Assembly (NCBI RefSeq): GCF_964188315.1
Contig: NC_135656.1
Span: 1,116,001-1,180,000, forward strand
DNA: 64,000 bases
Reading direction: 5' to 3'
Source of the DNA: Podarcis muralis
Lineage: Eukaryota
In this document: piece by piece, positions 1 to 10,500 of the stretch
How the letters are laid out: each line of letters starts with the position of its first letter
Numbering within the stretch: position 1 is the first letter of the stretch
Position numbers and translations under genes: made by a program
The notes under the pieces: model-generated
What the model saw: the letters and a program-made list of their open reading frames with translations, nothing else
What the model was told of the DNA's origin: nothing
The model's database searches: none

Positions 1-672
1 TCTGCCAGGTATACACGGTCTCCATCTTCCTCTTGCTCATAAACACCAACTAGAACCATCTTGCTCTTGTTTTCAAATTTCTCCTCTTGCTGGGTTATAA
101 TATGAGCGGCAAATTGAGGAACTTTATCAGGAAATATAAAGATCTATTTCCTTCCCTCTCCTCCCCCTATTTCTTAGGAAGATCAGGGGAAATTCAGACA
201 CGCGCAGTCCTCATTTCAGGGAATAAATTTCCTTAAGAAGGAACATCAGTTTCTGACCCTTCCTCCTCCCAGTCTGCTCCCTCTTCTCCCTCTGACCACT
301 CATCATCATCATCCCACCAAAAGCTGTAGCCATAAATAAAATAATTGTTTAAGCCCCACACTTTGTTAATGTTTTCTATGGTGACTTAGACACATGAGTG
401 TGTGCATGCACATGCGAGTATCTCAAAGAGATGGGGCACTCGTGTACTACAGCTGCTGTTGTAACAATGGCTGCTGCCTGGGCAGGGGAGGGGGTGTTGA
501 GCCCTGCAGCCCCCTCCCCAAAGTTTCAACCTGTGCCCCCAACCATGCATCTTCTCCACTCTTCCCTTACGATGCCTGCATTGGAATCACATGTTCACTT
601 CCCCATAACTGCAGCATGAAAATTTATTTGGAAAGTGCTGACTCCAAACGTGCAAACACCCAAGAACGTCTT

Positions 673-1205
673 AGAATCATAGAATCATAGAGTTGGAAGA
701 GACCACAAGGGCCATCGAGTCCAACCCCCTGCCAAGCAGGAAACACCATCAGAGCACTCCTGACATATGGTTGTCAAGCCTCTGCTTAAAGACCTCCAAA
801 GACGGAGACTCCACCACACTCCTTGGCAGCAAATTCCACTGTCGAACAGCTCTTACTGTCAGGAAGTTCTTCCTAATGTTTAGGTGGAATCTTCTTTCTT
901 GTAGTTTGGATCCATTGCTCCGTGTCCACTTCTCTGGAGCAGCAGAAAACAACCTTTCTCCCTCCTCTATATGACATCCTTTTATATATTTGAACATGGC
1001 TCTCATATCACCCCTTAACCTCCTCTTCTCCAGGCTAAACATGCCCAGCTCCCTTAGCCGTTCCTCATAAGGCATCGTTTCCAGGCCTTTGACCATTTTG
1101 GTTGCCCTCCTCTGGACACGTTCCAGTTTGTCAGTGTCCTTCTTGAACTGTGGTGCCCAGAACTGGACACAGTACTCCAGGTGAGGTCCGACCAGAGCAG
1201 AATAC
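673..1205 (-). mobile_element. CR1 LINE, 5'-truncated 3' fragment
   Basis: Translation [16 protein letters not shown]...[11 protein letters not shown]...[14 protein letters not shown] is a CR1 ORF2 C-terminus. It has an (ATTCTATG)n-type tail at ~673-690 and is nearly identical to the 3' end of the CR1 at 26170-26710. Confidence 0.95.
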
Positions 1206-1481
1206 TTACTCATCCTTTCCTTATAAAATGGCTTGTTCTCTTTGTCTTTTAAGGCCCTGCCCCAGTTTATCAAAATCACAAAGCTTTGATTAACTGAATA
1301 TTGAAACCACTATAAATCCCCCCCCCCAAAAAAACTGTATTGCCTGCCTGCTAATGCTGGAAGCCATTCAAATTTTCCAAGGCCATCCAGTGCTATTTTG
1401 AGGCTATTTGAGTGCTATTTTGAGGTTATCTGAGCTCCTTTTGAATAAGGCCCTAGCACACGGCTAGAGAAGATAACTCAA

Positions 1482-3311
1482 ATGGTACTTACAAGACAGA
1501 ATTATAAAGAACTGGGGATTCCTCTAGCTCAAGCACAAGCTGTTGAACCCCCTGCCCCAAAGAAAAAGCAGGCAAAAATTCCATATTATTTTAAACCAAA
1601 AGAAGAAGAAATAAAAAGAAATAAAAACACAGAGAGCCTGCATTTGCACGAATGGTCTGTCGACCGTACCTTGTTCGGAAGGGGCATGGAAGCAGAGGGT
1701 GGAGGAGGAAAAGGAGTCGACCTGGCAACCGAGTTAAAGCAGGCAACTACAGAAAATACAGCCCTTGAGGCCCGACCGGAACAGGAGCCTCAACTGGGAA
1801 ACCCAGAAGCCAGGTCAAGGGAATCCACTCACCAATCTATGCTTGGAGGAAAGGGGGGGTCTCCTGCCCCGACTGAGGTGGAGGAGTGGCTAAACGACAC
1901 AAGAGTTCGACATCCAGATCTGGGCAGCTTTAATTACATAATGACAGGGTTGTACAAAGATCTGTTGGAAGAACATCAAACTCAGCTAATTAAAGAACTG
2001 GGGCCAATTAAAAACTTTATTTCAGAATGTTTGGGTTTGCTCACCTCCCTGATTGAACTAATCAGGAGGAAAGAGGACTGCCACTTTCACAAAGAAGCCA
2101 GCAACAAGCCAAATGGAAATAAAATCCAGCCCAACATCAAAGAAAGGAAAACAAGCAGAGCCAAACTAGTCCAAGGGAAAGTACTGGCCACTAGGAAACC
2201 TTCCTTAAAGGGAAAGAGATCAATGCATAAGAAGAAGCCGAAGAATGTGAAGATGGGCCGAAAGGCTAAGCTGCCCTCCTGGACTGGGAAAATGAACTTC
2301 TCAAAGTTGTTCAAGATTCTGGAGAACTCAAGCACAAAGAACCCCAGCATAACAACGCCAAATAAGAGCCAAAGCCCAAACATTTTAAATAAACATCAGG
2401 TGGCTAGCCCTCCAAGGCTAGTAAAACAATCGCTGCCCTCTAGTGGCAAACTAAAGAAAACTCCAGACCCAAAGCAAGAAACTCCCCAGAAGGGAGCACA
2501 AAAGAGCCAGAACTTAATTTTAATTAAACATAAACTAGTCCTCCTCCCCCTCTTCAAGCATGGAGGCCTTTCCACACCTGCACAACAGAGAATTTATATA
2601 CTTAAGAAAATTGACTTAGTCATCAGAGGCCTTATTCCAGCAGAAAATATTGTCAGCGTGAAATTTCTTCCTTTTGATAAGGCCCAAAACAGAGTTGTGG
2701 TGACCTTTAAGGACTGGTCGGTAACTAAACAAATCTTGGACAAGAGGGACAGGCTCCAGAGGGCTGGCCTGTTGGTGACCCGCCTATTCGAAGAGTCCGG
2801 CGTTCCACCATCCCTCTTAGGAACACGCAAGCCTACTAGTCTGCGCACAGAATTGGAAATGGCTTCTGAAAACTACAAACAAGGCCAACTGGAGGCAGTC
2901 AATATTTCCAAACAGAAGGCTAGGCTCCAAAAAATCTTACTCCCTTCCAATGAACCCAAAAAAGATATCTTAAACGAGAAGGAGATGTTATTTTTAGCCT
3001 CCCTTGAGCAGATTCAACAGTCCCAGGATGCGTTAATAGCTAGGTTACAAACCATAAAAAAATCCTTACTCCTCCAAGGCTTTTCTGCTCCTTTGGAATT
3101 TAATTTTGCTACTAACACGACAAAGCCCTTATCCAACGAAGACTGGACGCGGTGCCGGTTCCTGTCCCCCGAAGAAGTGGGTTCTCCCACACAACCCTTA
3201 ATACCTCAAACAACAATACACCAGGCAGACCTTGCCATGCCGATGAGTAGGAACGGTTCAATCTTTGTGGACGCCTCAGGATCCTTAGATGACATTCAGG
3301 TGGAGGATTGA
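1482..3311 (+). CDS. LINE ORF1, 609 aa, K/P/Q-rich with a putative RRM-like segment
   Basis: Open ATG-initiated frame directly upstream of the endonuclease. The segment IVSVKFL...RVVVTFKD...KRDRLQRAGLLVTRLF resembles the RRM/CTD of LINE ORF1 proteins. Confidence 0.75.
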   Translation: MVLTRQNYKELGIPLAQAQAVEPPAPKKKQAKIPYYFKPKEEEIKRNKNTESLHLHEWSVDRTLFGRGMEAEGGGGKGVDLATELKQATTENTALEARPEQEPQLGNPEARSRESTHQSMLGGKGGSPAPTEVEEWLNDTRVRHPDLGSFNYIMTGLYKDLLEEHQTQLIKELGPIKNFISECLGLLTSLIELIRRKEDCHFHKEASNKPNGNKIQPNIKERKTSRAKLVQGKVLATRKPSLKGKRSMHKKKPKNVKMGRKAKLPSWTGKMNFSKLFKILENSSTKNPSITTPNKSQSPNILNKHQVASPPRLVKQSLPSSGKLKKTPDPKQETPQKGAQKSQNLILIKHKLVLLPLFKHGGLSTPAQQRIYILKKIDLVIRGLIPAENIVSVKFLPFDKAQNRVVVTFKDWSVTKQILDKRDRLQRAGLLVTRLFEESGVPPSLLGTRKPTSLRTELEMASENYKQGQLEAVNISKQKARLQKILLPSNEPKKDILNEKEMLFLASLEQIQQSQDALIARLQTIKKSLLLQGFSAPLEFNFATNTTKPLSNEDWTRCRFLSPEEVGSPTQPLIPQTTIHQADLAMPMSRNGSIFVDASGSLDDIQVED

Positions 3312-3820
3312 AAGACAGATACAGCGAGGGGACACCATGCCGGGGAAACAAAACTCACTAGGTTAGTACCTACCACAAATGATCTTAACAGCTCACTCCA
3401 CCTCAAAAACATTCATTCCATCATCCTAAAGAACAAACGGAGGAGTCTACCTTTGTTCCCCTCACCACCATATTTCCACATCTTATCGTGGAATGTGGCG
3501 GGCTGGCTGTCTAAGCAGGGTGATGCTGATTTTCTGGATTTCCTCTCAAAATTCCAGATTATTTGTTTACAAGAGACCTGGTGCCTAGACTCTCATCCCC
3601 CTTACTTACAGGGCTATGTGGCTTTTGCTACCCCTGCGAAAAAACTAAATAACCGTGGCCGACCTAGCGGCGGTTTGGTCACTTTTATTCCTATAGAGCA
3701 AGGGTACAGGGTGCGACAACTGCAGTGGATGAAGAGTAACAATTTTCAGATTTTACTTATCTCCAATAACACAGGAGGAGATTTTCTATGTTTCAACGTT
3801 TATATTCCCCCCATGTGTAC

Positions 3821-4211
3821 TCTGAAGTTGATTGATTGTTTTGGCGTGACCCCCGCTAATTGATTTACGATCCACAATTAGCTTTAGCACTTTACTGCCG
3901 TCCGACGCGCTTCCCTCAGCTGCGCCACTTAGCTCCGTTGTCCAGTCACGCCCAGCAGAGTTGAACACAGCGGGAAAGCTATCACGTCCTTTGACAAACA
4001 CACACACAGTACAGGTTTGTCTATTTACAGTTGTTTATTCCAACATTTCTCCGGAAACCCAGGACTGCTTGCAGCCATGACAAAACTGCTTCCTTTCCCT
4101 CTCACAGCACAGAGAGGAACAGATCGAAACTCCTCCCAGCTTCGAAAAACTGACGTCAGAATGGTGTGGCATCATGGGAACAATTTAACCTGTTAAGTTC
4201 CAAACCCCACA
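3821..4211 (-). repeat. 3' LTR of the copia element
   Basis: Direct repeat of 7128-7518, preceded on the minus strand by the PPT. It contains AATAAA on the minus strand. Confidence 0.97.
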
Positions 4212-6864
4212 CCCCCCTTTGCCGCACATTCTGACAAGACCCTTTTGAGTTCAACACCTTTCCCTTTGCCTTGTGCCTCTTTCCAGCATTTTTCCCAGGC
4301 ACCTGTTGAACCCCTTCAACACTCTCAGAATCACACTGTGCGAAACCTATCCACGCACTTGTGGCCTGATATCTTTCAGGTGGAATACCCTTTGTTGTGC
4401 GACTGGACCTTCTAGGCACAAACTCAGATGTTACTTCTGACTCACCGCCACCAGAAGGTGTGTCCTCAGCATCACGGGATTCCCCCTCTGATTTAAAGCG
4501 TTTTCGAATCCTCTCCATTACACTCACAGGAGAACTAGGCTCGCTTTTGGGTGCTCTCTTAACATCTTGTGGAGAAGCTACAGAAACCTCATCCTGCTCC
4601 TGACTTTGGTCAGTGACCTGCTCGTCATCATCGGATTCTGAACCCTGATCGTGGACCTGGTCCTCATCACCGGGATCAGCCTCTGCCTCCCTTTCCTCCT
4701 CAGAATCAGATAGGCATTCTGAGAGCAGATCACGCTGGACAGCAGTTTTTGACCTTTTATCCTGCTCATAGAACTCAGCGTGTTTACTGATCAGCACCTT
4801 ACTCTGATCACCTGATGGATATGCAAACCTCCATGCACGTGCTTCTGGCTCATACCCGCAGAAGATCATTTTTCGGAACTTGGATCCATCTGGCCCCTGC
4901 AAAGCAGTAGGTACCGGCACAGACGCACTTGCACCAAACATTCGCAAAAAATGAATCTGGGGTTTCCTGCCATGCAACAACCCAAAAGGTGTGTCACCTA
5001 TCAGTGAATTGTAGGTACGATTCCAGGTGAAGCCCACATACTTGATTGCCTCCAGCCAAAACCTTGGAGGTAACCCAGCATCTGCCAGCATCACCTGTGC
5101 AGCCTGAACCAGAGCCTCACTTCTCAGCTCTGCCACCCCTCTCTGATTGGGTGAAGTCACTGTGTGACGTATCCCTTTCTTGTGAAAGAATTTCTGCAAA
5201 GCAGACCCTGTAAATTGAGCTCCTCTATCACTGGTGACTGCTTGCACTCTGGTGGAAAACCTTTGTTCCACCTCCTCAATCCATCCTTTGATCAGCTGTG
5301 CTGCATCATCCTTGGATTTGAGACCATGGGTCCAGGAATTCTGCGTAAAATTATCCTGCACCGTCAGGAGAAACCTTGCACCTCCCAGACTTGCTTCCCT
5401 TACAGGACCCCACAAATCTATGTGGACCAGTTCAAAAGGTTTTGCGGTTACCCTCTTCACCTTTGGATAACTGCACCCCTTTACCTTTGCCAGTTTGCAA
5501 GTTTCACATCTTACAGCACATCCACATTCTGTAATTTTACAACCTTTGGAAACCTCAGGCAGCACCTGTAGTTCTTCTAGAGAACCATGAGCTGTTTTTG
5601 TGTGCCACGCATGGGCACATGTCACGTGGTTGTTGATTTTAGCACGTAGAGCCTGTGCTTTCCCAACCTTCCCCTCACCCTCCAGAGGTGATTTAAGAAC
5701 AAAGAGATCATTCTGCCCCCTTTTAACCTTGGCAAATATCCTCCCTCCTTTGGAGATTGTGCAGACAGCATCTTCGAAACAAACCTTAAACCCCTTTTTC
5801 AACAAATAAGGCACAGATAAAAGACAGTGGTGCATCCCAGGAACGGTACAAAAGTCCAACTTCTCCTGTAAAATAGAAACATACATTTTGCCAGCATTAG
5901 TTACATTCTTTTTCTGCCCATTTGCAAAAAGTACAGTTTTTCCAGCCGGAATTGCCGTGCAATTCCACATCTCGACAGCAGGGGTATCTGGAATCAAATT
6001 GCAGTTCGCTGCAGAGTCGATTACAAAACAAAGCTCTGAGCCTGTCCCACAGCTGGTTGAGCTGTCCTCAGACAAAGCCAGACTAGCTGCTAGTTGATAA
6101 GCCTCCTCACGTTGTTTTCCACGTCCTTCTCTTGCGTTCCCACGCTGGCCTGTCTTCCCAGGCCTGTTGCCATGGAAACCCGACTGGTTCCCATGAGAGT
6201 TCAGCTGGTTGACCTTGGCAACATCCTGTCTTGCCACTCTGCTCCGGTGGGGGCAATCTCGACGTACGTGGTCAGCTGACTTGCAAATGTAGCAACAACA
6301 AACTTCAGTGGAAAAACACTGCCCGGGGCTCCCAGCTGGCCTGGCCTTCCTCCTTCTGGAACGGCGCCTCCCACCAGCCTGGCCCCCCTTGAAGCTGCTC
6401 TTCGTTTCAGCACAAGTGGAAAGTCTTTTAAACTCGCCTTTGGAACTCTTCACCCTCCCGATCTGTGCACCAGCGCTCCTTGAGGCTGATTGGGGAATAG
6501 GGGCTTCTAGTCCAGCGTCTGCAGGGCTCTGGCCTCCCGCTGAAGCTTCACACAAACCTTTCAGCACATTCCAGGCAGCCCACGCTGATTTCACACCCTC
6601 CAAGTGGGGTCTCAGCGATGCATCAACGCATGCTCTGAGCATATCCAGCTCTCTTTGCATTTTCTGCTGGCTATCTTCAGGCAACGTAGCGTCACAGCCT
6701 GCAACGTCTCCAGCCGCTTTGGCGCTGGGGGTTGGTGGTAGTGGCTCCCTCTGGCTTGCTCCCCAAAGCCCATGGACCAGGAACCACCCCTTTATTCTTT
6801 GCCTCCAGGTTGCCCAACTCTTTAGAGTGAGCTTTTCCACCGGTATGTCCTGGCTCTCTGCCAT
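4156..6864 (-). CDS. Copia gag-protease-integrase polyprotein lacking RT/RNaseH (~900 aa, stop inside the 3' LTR)
   Basis: The first real ATG is at 6864 (MAESQ). Gag N-terminus KLTLKSWATWRQRI..GLW, zinc knuckle CYICKSADHVRRDC, protease FVIDSAAN, HHCC (WHTKTAH..CETC), integrase core HIDLWGP/SDRGAQF/GVAE. The IN-after-PR order is copia-type. Confidence 0.92.
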   Translation of the reverse strand: MAESQDIPVEKLTLKSWATWRQRIKGWFLVHGLWGASQREPLPPTPSAKAAGDVAGCDATLPEDSQQKMQRELDMLRACVDASLRPHLEGVKSAWAAWNVLKGLCEASAGGQSPADAGLEAPIPQSASRSAGAQIGRVKSSKGEFKRLSTCAETKSSFKGGQAGGRRRSRRRKARPAGSPGQCFSTEVCCCYICKSADHVRRDCPHRSRVARQDVAKVNQLNSHGNQSGFHGNRPGKTGQRGNAREGRGKQREEAYQLAASLALSEDSSTSCGTGSELCFVIDSAANCNLIPDTPAVEMWNCTAIPAGKTVLFANGQKKNVTNAGKMYVSILQEKLDFCTVPGMHHCLLSVPYLLKKGFKVCFEDAVCTISKGGRIFAKVKRGQNDLFVLKSPLEGEGKVGKAQALRAKINNHVTCAHAWHTKTAHGSLEELQVLPEVSKGCKITECGCAVRCETCKLAKVKGCSYPKVKRVTAKPFELVHIDLWGPVREASLGGARFLLTVQDNFTQNSWTHGLKSKDDAAQLIKGWIEEVEQRFSTRVQAVTSDRGAQFTGSALQKFFHKKGIRHTVTSPNQRGVAELRSEALVQAAQVMLADAGLPPRFWLEAIKYVGFTWNRTYNSLIGDTPFGLLHGRKPQIHFLRMFGASASVPVPTALQGPDGSKFRKMIFCGYEPEARAWRFAYPSGDQSKVLISKHAEFYEQDKRSKTAVQRDLLSECLSDSEEEREAEADPGDEDQVHDQGSESDDDEQVTDQSQEQDEVSVASPQDVKRAPKSEPSSPVSVMERIRKRFKSEGESRDAEDTPSGGGESEVTSEFVPRRSSRTTKGIPPERYQATSAWIGFAQCDSESVEGVQQVPGKNAGKRHKAKGKVLNSKGSCQNVRQRGVWGLELNRLNCSHDATPF

Positions 6865-7127
6865 CTTCTCCCGTTCTCCCAAGGGGCCCAAGCTTACTTA
6901 CAATCAGTTTCAGCTTCTCTGGCTCTCCCTTCCGTGGAGAAACGTTTTTCCAGCTGCTCTTCAGCTCCGAGCTGCTTCTTAGCTTTTAGCTCTGTGTCTC
7001 AGCAGCTCTCATGCCTCTCAGAAGCAGGCAATTATCTCACCACCTTCTGCCGTAGCTCCGTTGCTCTAAATCGCAACTTCAAAGCTCCCGTGATAGCTTT
7101 ACAATCGGTGATTAAGGATCCATAACC

Positions 7128-7518
7128 TCTGAAGTTGATTGATTGTTTTGGCGTGACCCCCGCTAATTGATTTACGATCCACAATTAGCTTTAGCACTTT
7201 ACTGCCGTCCGACGCGCTTCCCTCAGCTGCGCCACTTAGCTCCGTTGTCCAGTCACGCCCAGCAGAGTTGAACACAGCGGGAAAGCTATCACGTCCTTTG
7301 ACAAACACACACACAGTACAGGTTTGTCTATTTACAGTTGTTTATTCCAACATTTCTCCGGAAACCCAGGACTGCTTGCAGCCATGACAAAACTGCTTCC
7401 TTTCCCTCTCACAGCACAGAGAGGAACAGATCGAAACTCCTCCCAGCTTCGAAAAACTGACGTCAGAATGGTGTGGCATCATGGGAACAATTTAACCTGT
7501 TAAGTTCCAAACCCCACA
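7128..7518 (-). repeat. 5' LTR of the copia element
   Basis: Direct repeat of 3821-4211. It begins TGTGGGG, ends CTTCAGA and is followed immediately by the PBS. Confidence 0.97.
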
Positions 7519-10500
7519 TGTACTTCCTCTCAGACAGTACAAATCTGGGAAGATTTGGAGTCATGCTTGGAGAAGGCCAAAATAGAATTTCCTGACTGGA
7601 ACATCCTGCTGGCAGGTGACTTTAACGCTAGGATAGGCAGTGACATCAATTCGTATGGCTCCAAAACCCAGTTTTTACCAGAGGCAGACTGGTTTATCCC
7701 TTGGAGTTCTGATGAAAAGGTCCTGAATAAGGCAGGTAATACATTACTGGAGATTGCCTTTAAGCATAATTTATACAACCTGCATGGCACTTACATGGAT
7801 AGGTCAGGAGGTTTCTTCTCTTTTATCGGCCCTCGTGGTGCAAGTGTGATTGACCATATCCTGGTCTCTCCAACAATTTTGGAGAGGGCACAGGGTCTCA
7901 GCACTTTTAACAGAACTGAGAGCGACCATCTTCCTAGAGCAATCTCACTAACTCCCCTCGAATCAGGAGGATTACAACATCTACATTGTGCAGTCCCTCC
8001 TCAAGCACCGGCCCCACGCAGGCGCAAATGGAACAGCGAGCTGGAGCTTAAAATTAAACAACACCTGCACTCTCCAGATTTATTGGCTCTGAGAGACCAG
8101 TGTCTTTTACCTAACTTTGATCCTTTTTCATTATATCAGCGGGTCTCAGGGTCTCTTTTCCCATTTCTTATAAACACCAGGCCTCCCAAACAACATAACA
8201 AATCGGGGGTCTGGTTTGATAAAGACTGCCGGAAGCTAAGATCCCTGCTTAGGAAACAACAAAACAAGGTAAAACAGGAGAGGACTCTGTCATCTATGGT
8301 AAACTTCCACAGATGGCACTCTTACTATAAAAACACCTTAAAACTCAAGAAATCCCTTTATAGGAAGGAACAATGGGAGGCACTTGATAAGGCGATTAAA
8401 TCGCGAGACGATAGAAAATTTTGGGCAATAGTAGCACAGGGAGTCTCATCCAAAGGAAAAATTGTAAACAGCAGTATTCCATCCGATGTGTGGTATCAAC
8501 ACTTTTCCAAGCTATACACACCCTCAAATACTGCTAATTCGAGTCCGTCCCTCCCATTGAAGAATGATCATCTAGCTAGTTGGGATCCGGTTACGGAATC
8601 AGAGTGCCTACAGCTAATTAAAACTTTAAAAAATGGCAAAGCTCCTGGTGAGGATATGATCCCCCCTGAGGTTTTTAAATCAAATGCCCAATGGTGGGCC
8701 ATCTTTTTGGCCAAACTTTTTACGGCAATAAACAACACATGTAAAATCCCAGCAAATTGGAAACTAAGTGTGGTAGCCCCTATCTACAAGAAGGGAGACA
8801 TTCAAGATCCAGCAAACTACCGCCCTGTAAGCCTTCTGGACACTGCATACAAACTTTAGACCCGGTACTTATTAAACAAGCTGGTAGATTGGGCGGACCA
8901 TTCTAACCTGTTCAACCAGGAACAGGCAGGATTTAGAAAGGGCCACAATACGATAGGTCACTGTATGGTACTACAGACCCTGGTAGCTAAATATGCAAAA
9001 GCGTATAAGAGCAGACTCTTCGTGGCCTTCGTTGACTTGACATCTGCCTTTGACTCAATCTGTAGAGATAGACTATGGAAAAAATTATATGAAACGGATA
9101 TTGACAGACGACTTTTAAAAATTCTCAGAGAGTTACACACAGATATTACAGTCAAAATCAGAACTGGGCCATCGGGAACTCTTACGGACCCACTGCCATT
9201 GGGGAAAGGGGTCAAACAGGGATGCCTGCTAGCCCCATTTCTTTTTAACTTTTATATAAACGACATTGTTCAGTACATGGCAAAGTACAAGTCATCGGCT
9301 CCAGCCCTTGAAGGTAAACGTCTGAATATATTGCTATATGCCGATGACATGGCTTTAATGGCACTCACCCGAAGAGGCCTACGCAGCATGCTGGAGGGGA
9401 TCGCAGCCTACTGTTCCCATAACTCACTAAAGATAAACTATGACAAAACAAAAATTGTGGTGTTCACTAGAGCTCGCCACACCTTTAGATGGTCTTTAGA
9501 TGAACATGTGATTGAACAGTGCCCTTTTTTTAAATATCTGGGTGTTACATTCCAGGCTACATCTAGTTGGTTAGCCCACTTTAAGGCTGTAACCATCCTA
9601 ACACGAAGAACAATTGGTGTCCTGCTTAATTTCTTTCATACCCGGGGAGGACAATTGGTGATCCCAGCATTAAGAGCTTTTGTTGGGAAAGCTATTCCCC
9701 AGATGTTATATGGGATAGAACTCTGGGGGTGGAACCAGAGGCTGTTGGAACGGCTCGAAATTTTGCAAAATTATTATCTCAGGAGGATTCTAGGCCTTCC
9801 TCAAGGAACCCCAGCAGCTTTCTTGAGGGTGGAGGTTGGATTACCCTCTGTGTCTGCCAGGGCCCATTTAAGATTCCTACGATTTTACATCAACCTTGCA
9901 AATACCTCAAACACCTTATTAGCCAAACAAGCCTTTGTATCTCTTCAAAAGAACACCACTTGGCATCAAAACCTATCTGAGATCCTGGTTAGATACACCC
10001 TACCGGAGTTTAATATCCTCAAACTGTGGAGCCCGGACAAAGTTCGGGAATGGATCCTGCAGAGAGACGCTCTGTTAGATATCACAAAAATACAGAACCC
10101 AGGGTCCTCCCACTGGCTTCCCCGACTGAAAACAGTCAAAACCTGCGCCAATTACTTAGCGAATATCACCAATCCCACCCTTCGGAGAGCCTTCACCATG
10201 GCCTGTTTTCAAACCATTCCTACGGCCTATCTGTCAGGCAGATATGCAAAAATCCCAGTAGAGCAGCGTATATGTCCTTGTCATATGAGAACCAAAGAGG
10301 ATCTCATACATTACATGTTGTATTGTCCTATCTATTCAGCCTTCAGGGATGCGATGTTACAAACTATTCCCAAATCAATAGTCAACTCTGAGGACCAAGT
10401 AAAGTTTTTACTGGTGGACGCTGATCCACGGATTTCTCACGTGGTAGCAGTCTTTGTGGTGAAGGCTATGAAAACTAGGGTATGGTTCCTGGATGAAACG

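Larger units (their letters stand above)
3821..7518 (-). mobile_element. Non-autonomous Ty1/copia LTR retrotransposon (gag-PR-IN, no RT/RNaseH)
   Basis: Two 391-bp LTRs (3821-4211, 7128-7518) in which I found no difference. 5-bp TSD TGTAC (3816-3820, 7519-7523). PPT AAAGGGGGG (4212-4220). PBS GGTTATGGATCC next to the 5' LTR (7116-7127). Confidence 0.96.

Noticed and set aside
1-150. Minus-strand open stretch IFIFPDKVPQFAAHIITQQEEKFENKSKMVLVGVYEQEEDGDRVYLA
   Set aside because: The upstream sequence is purine-rich with no acceptor tract, I recognise no protein family, and it runs off the window edge.
2087-2383. Hydrophobic 98-aa 'membrane protein' ORF on the minus strand
   Set aside because: It is the antisense shadow of the Lys-rich, A-rich ORF1. 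The same applies to the many ORFs antisense to copia, Gypsy, CR1 and BovB.
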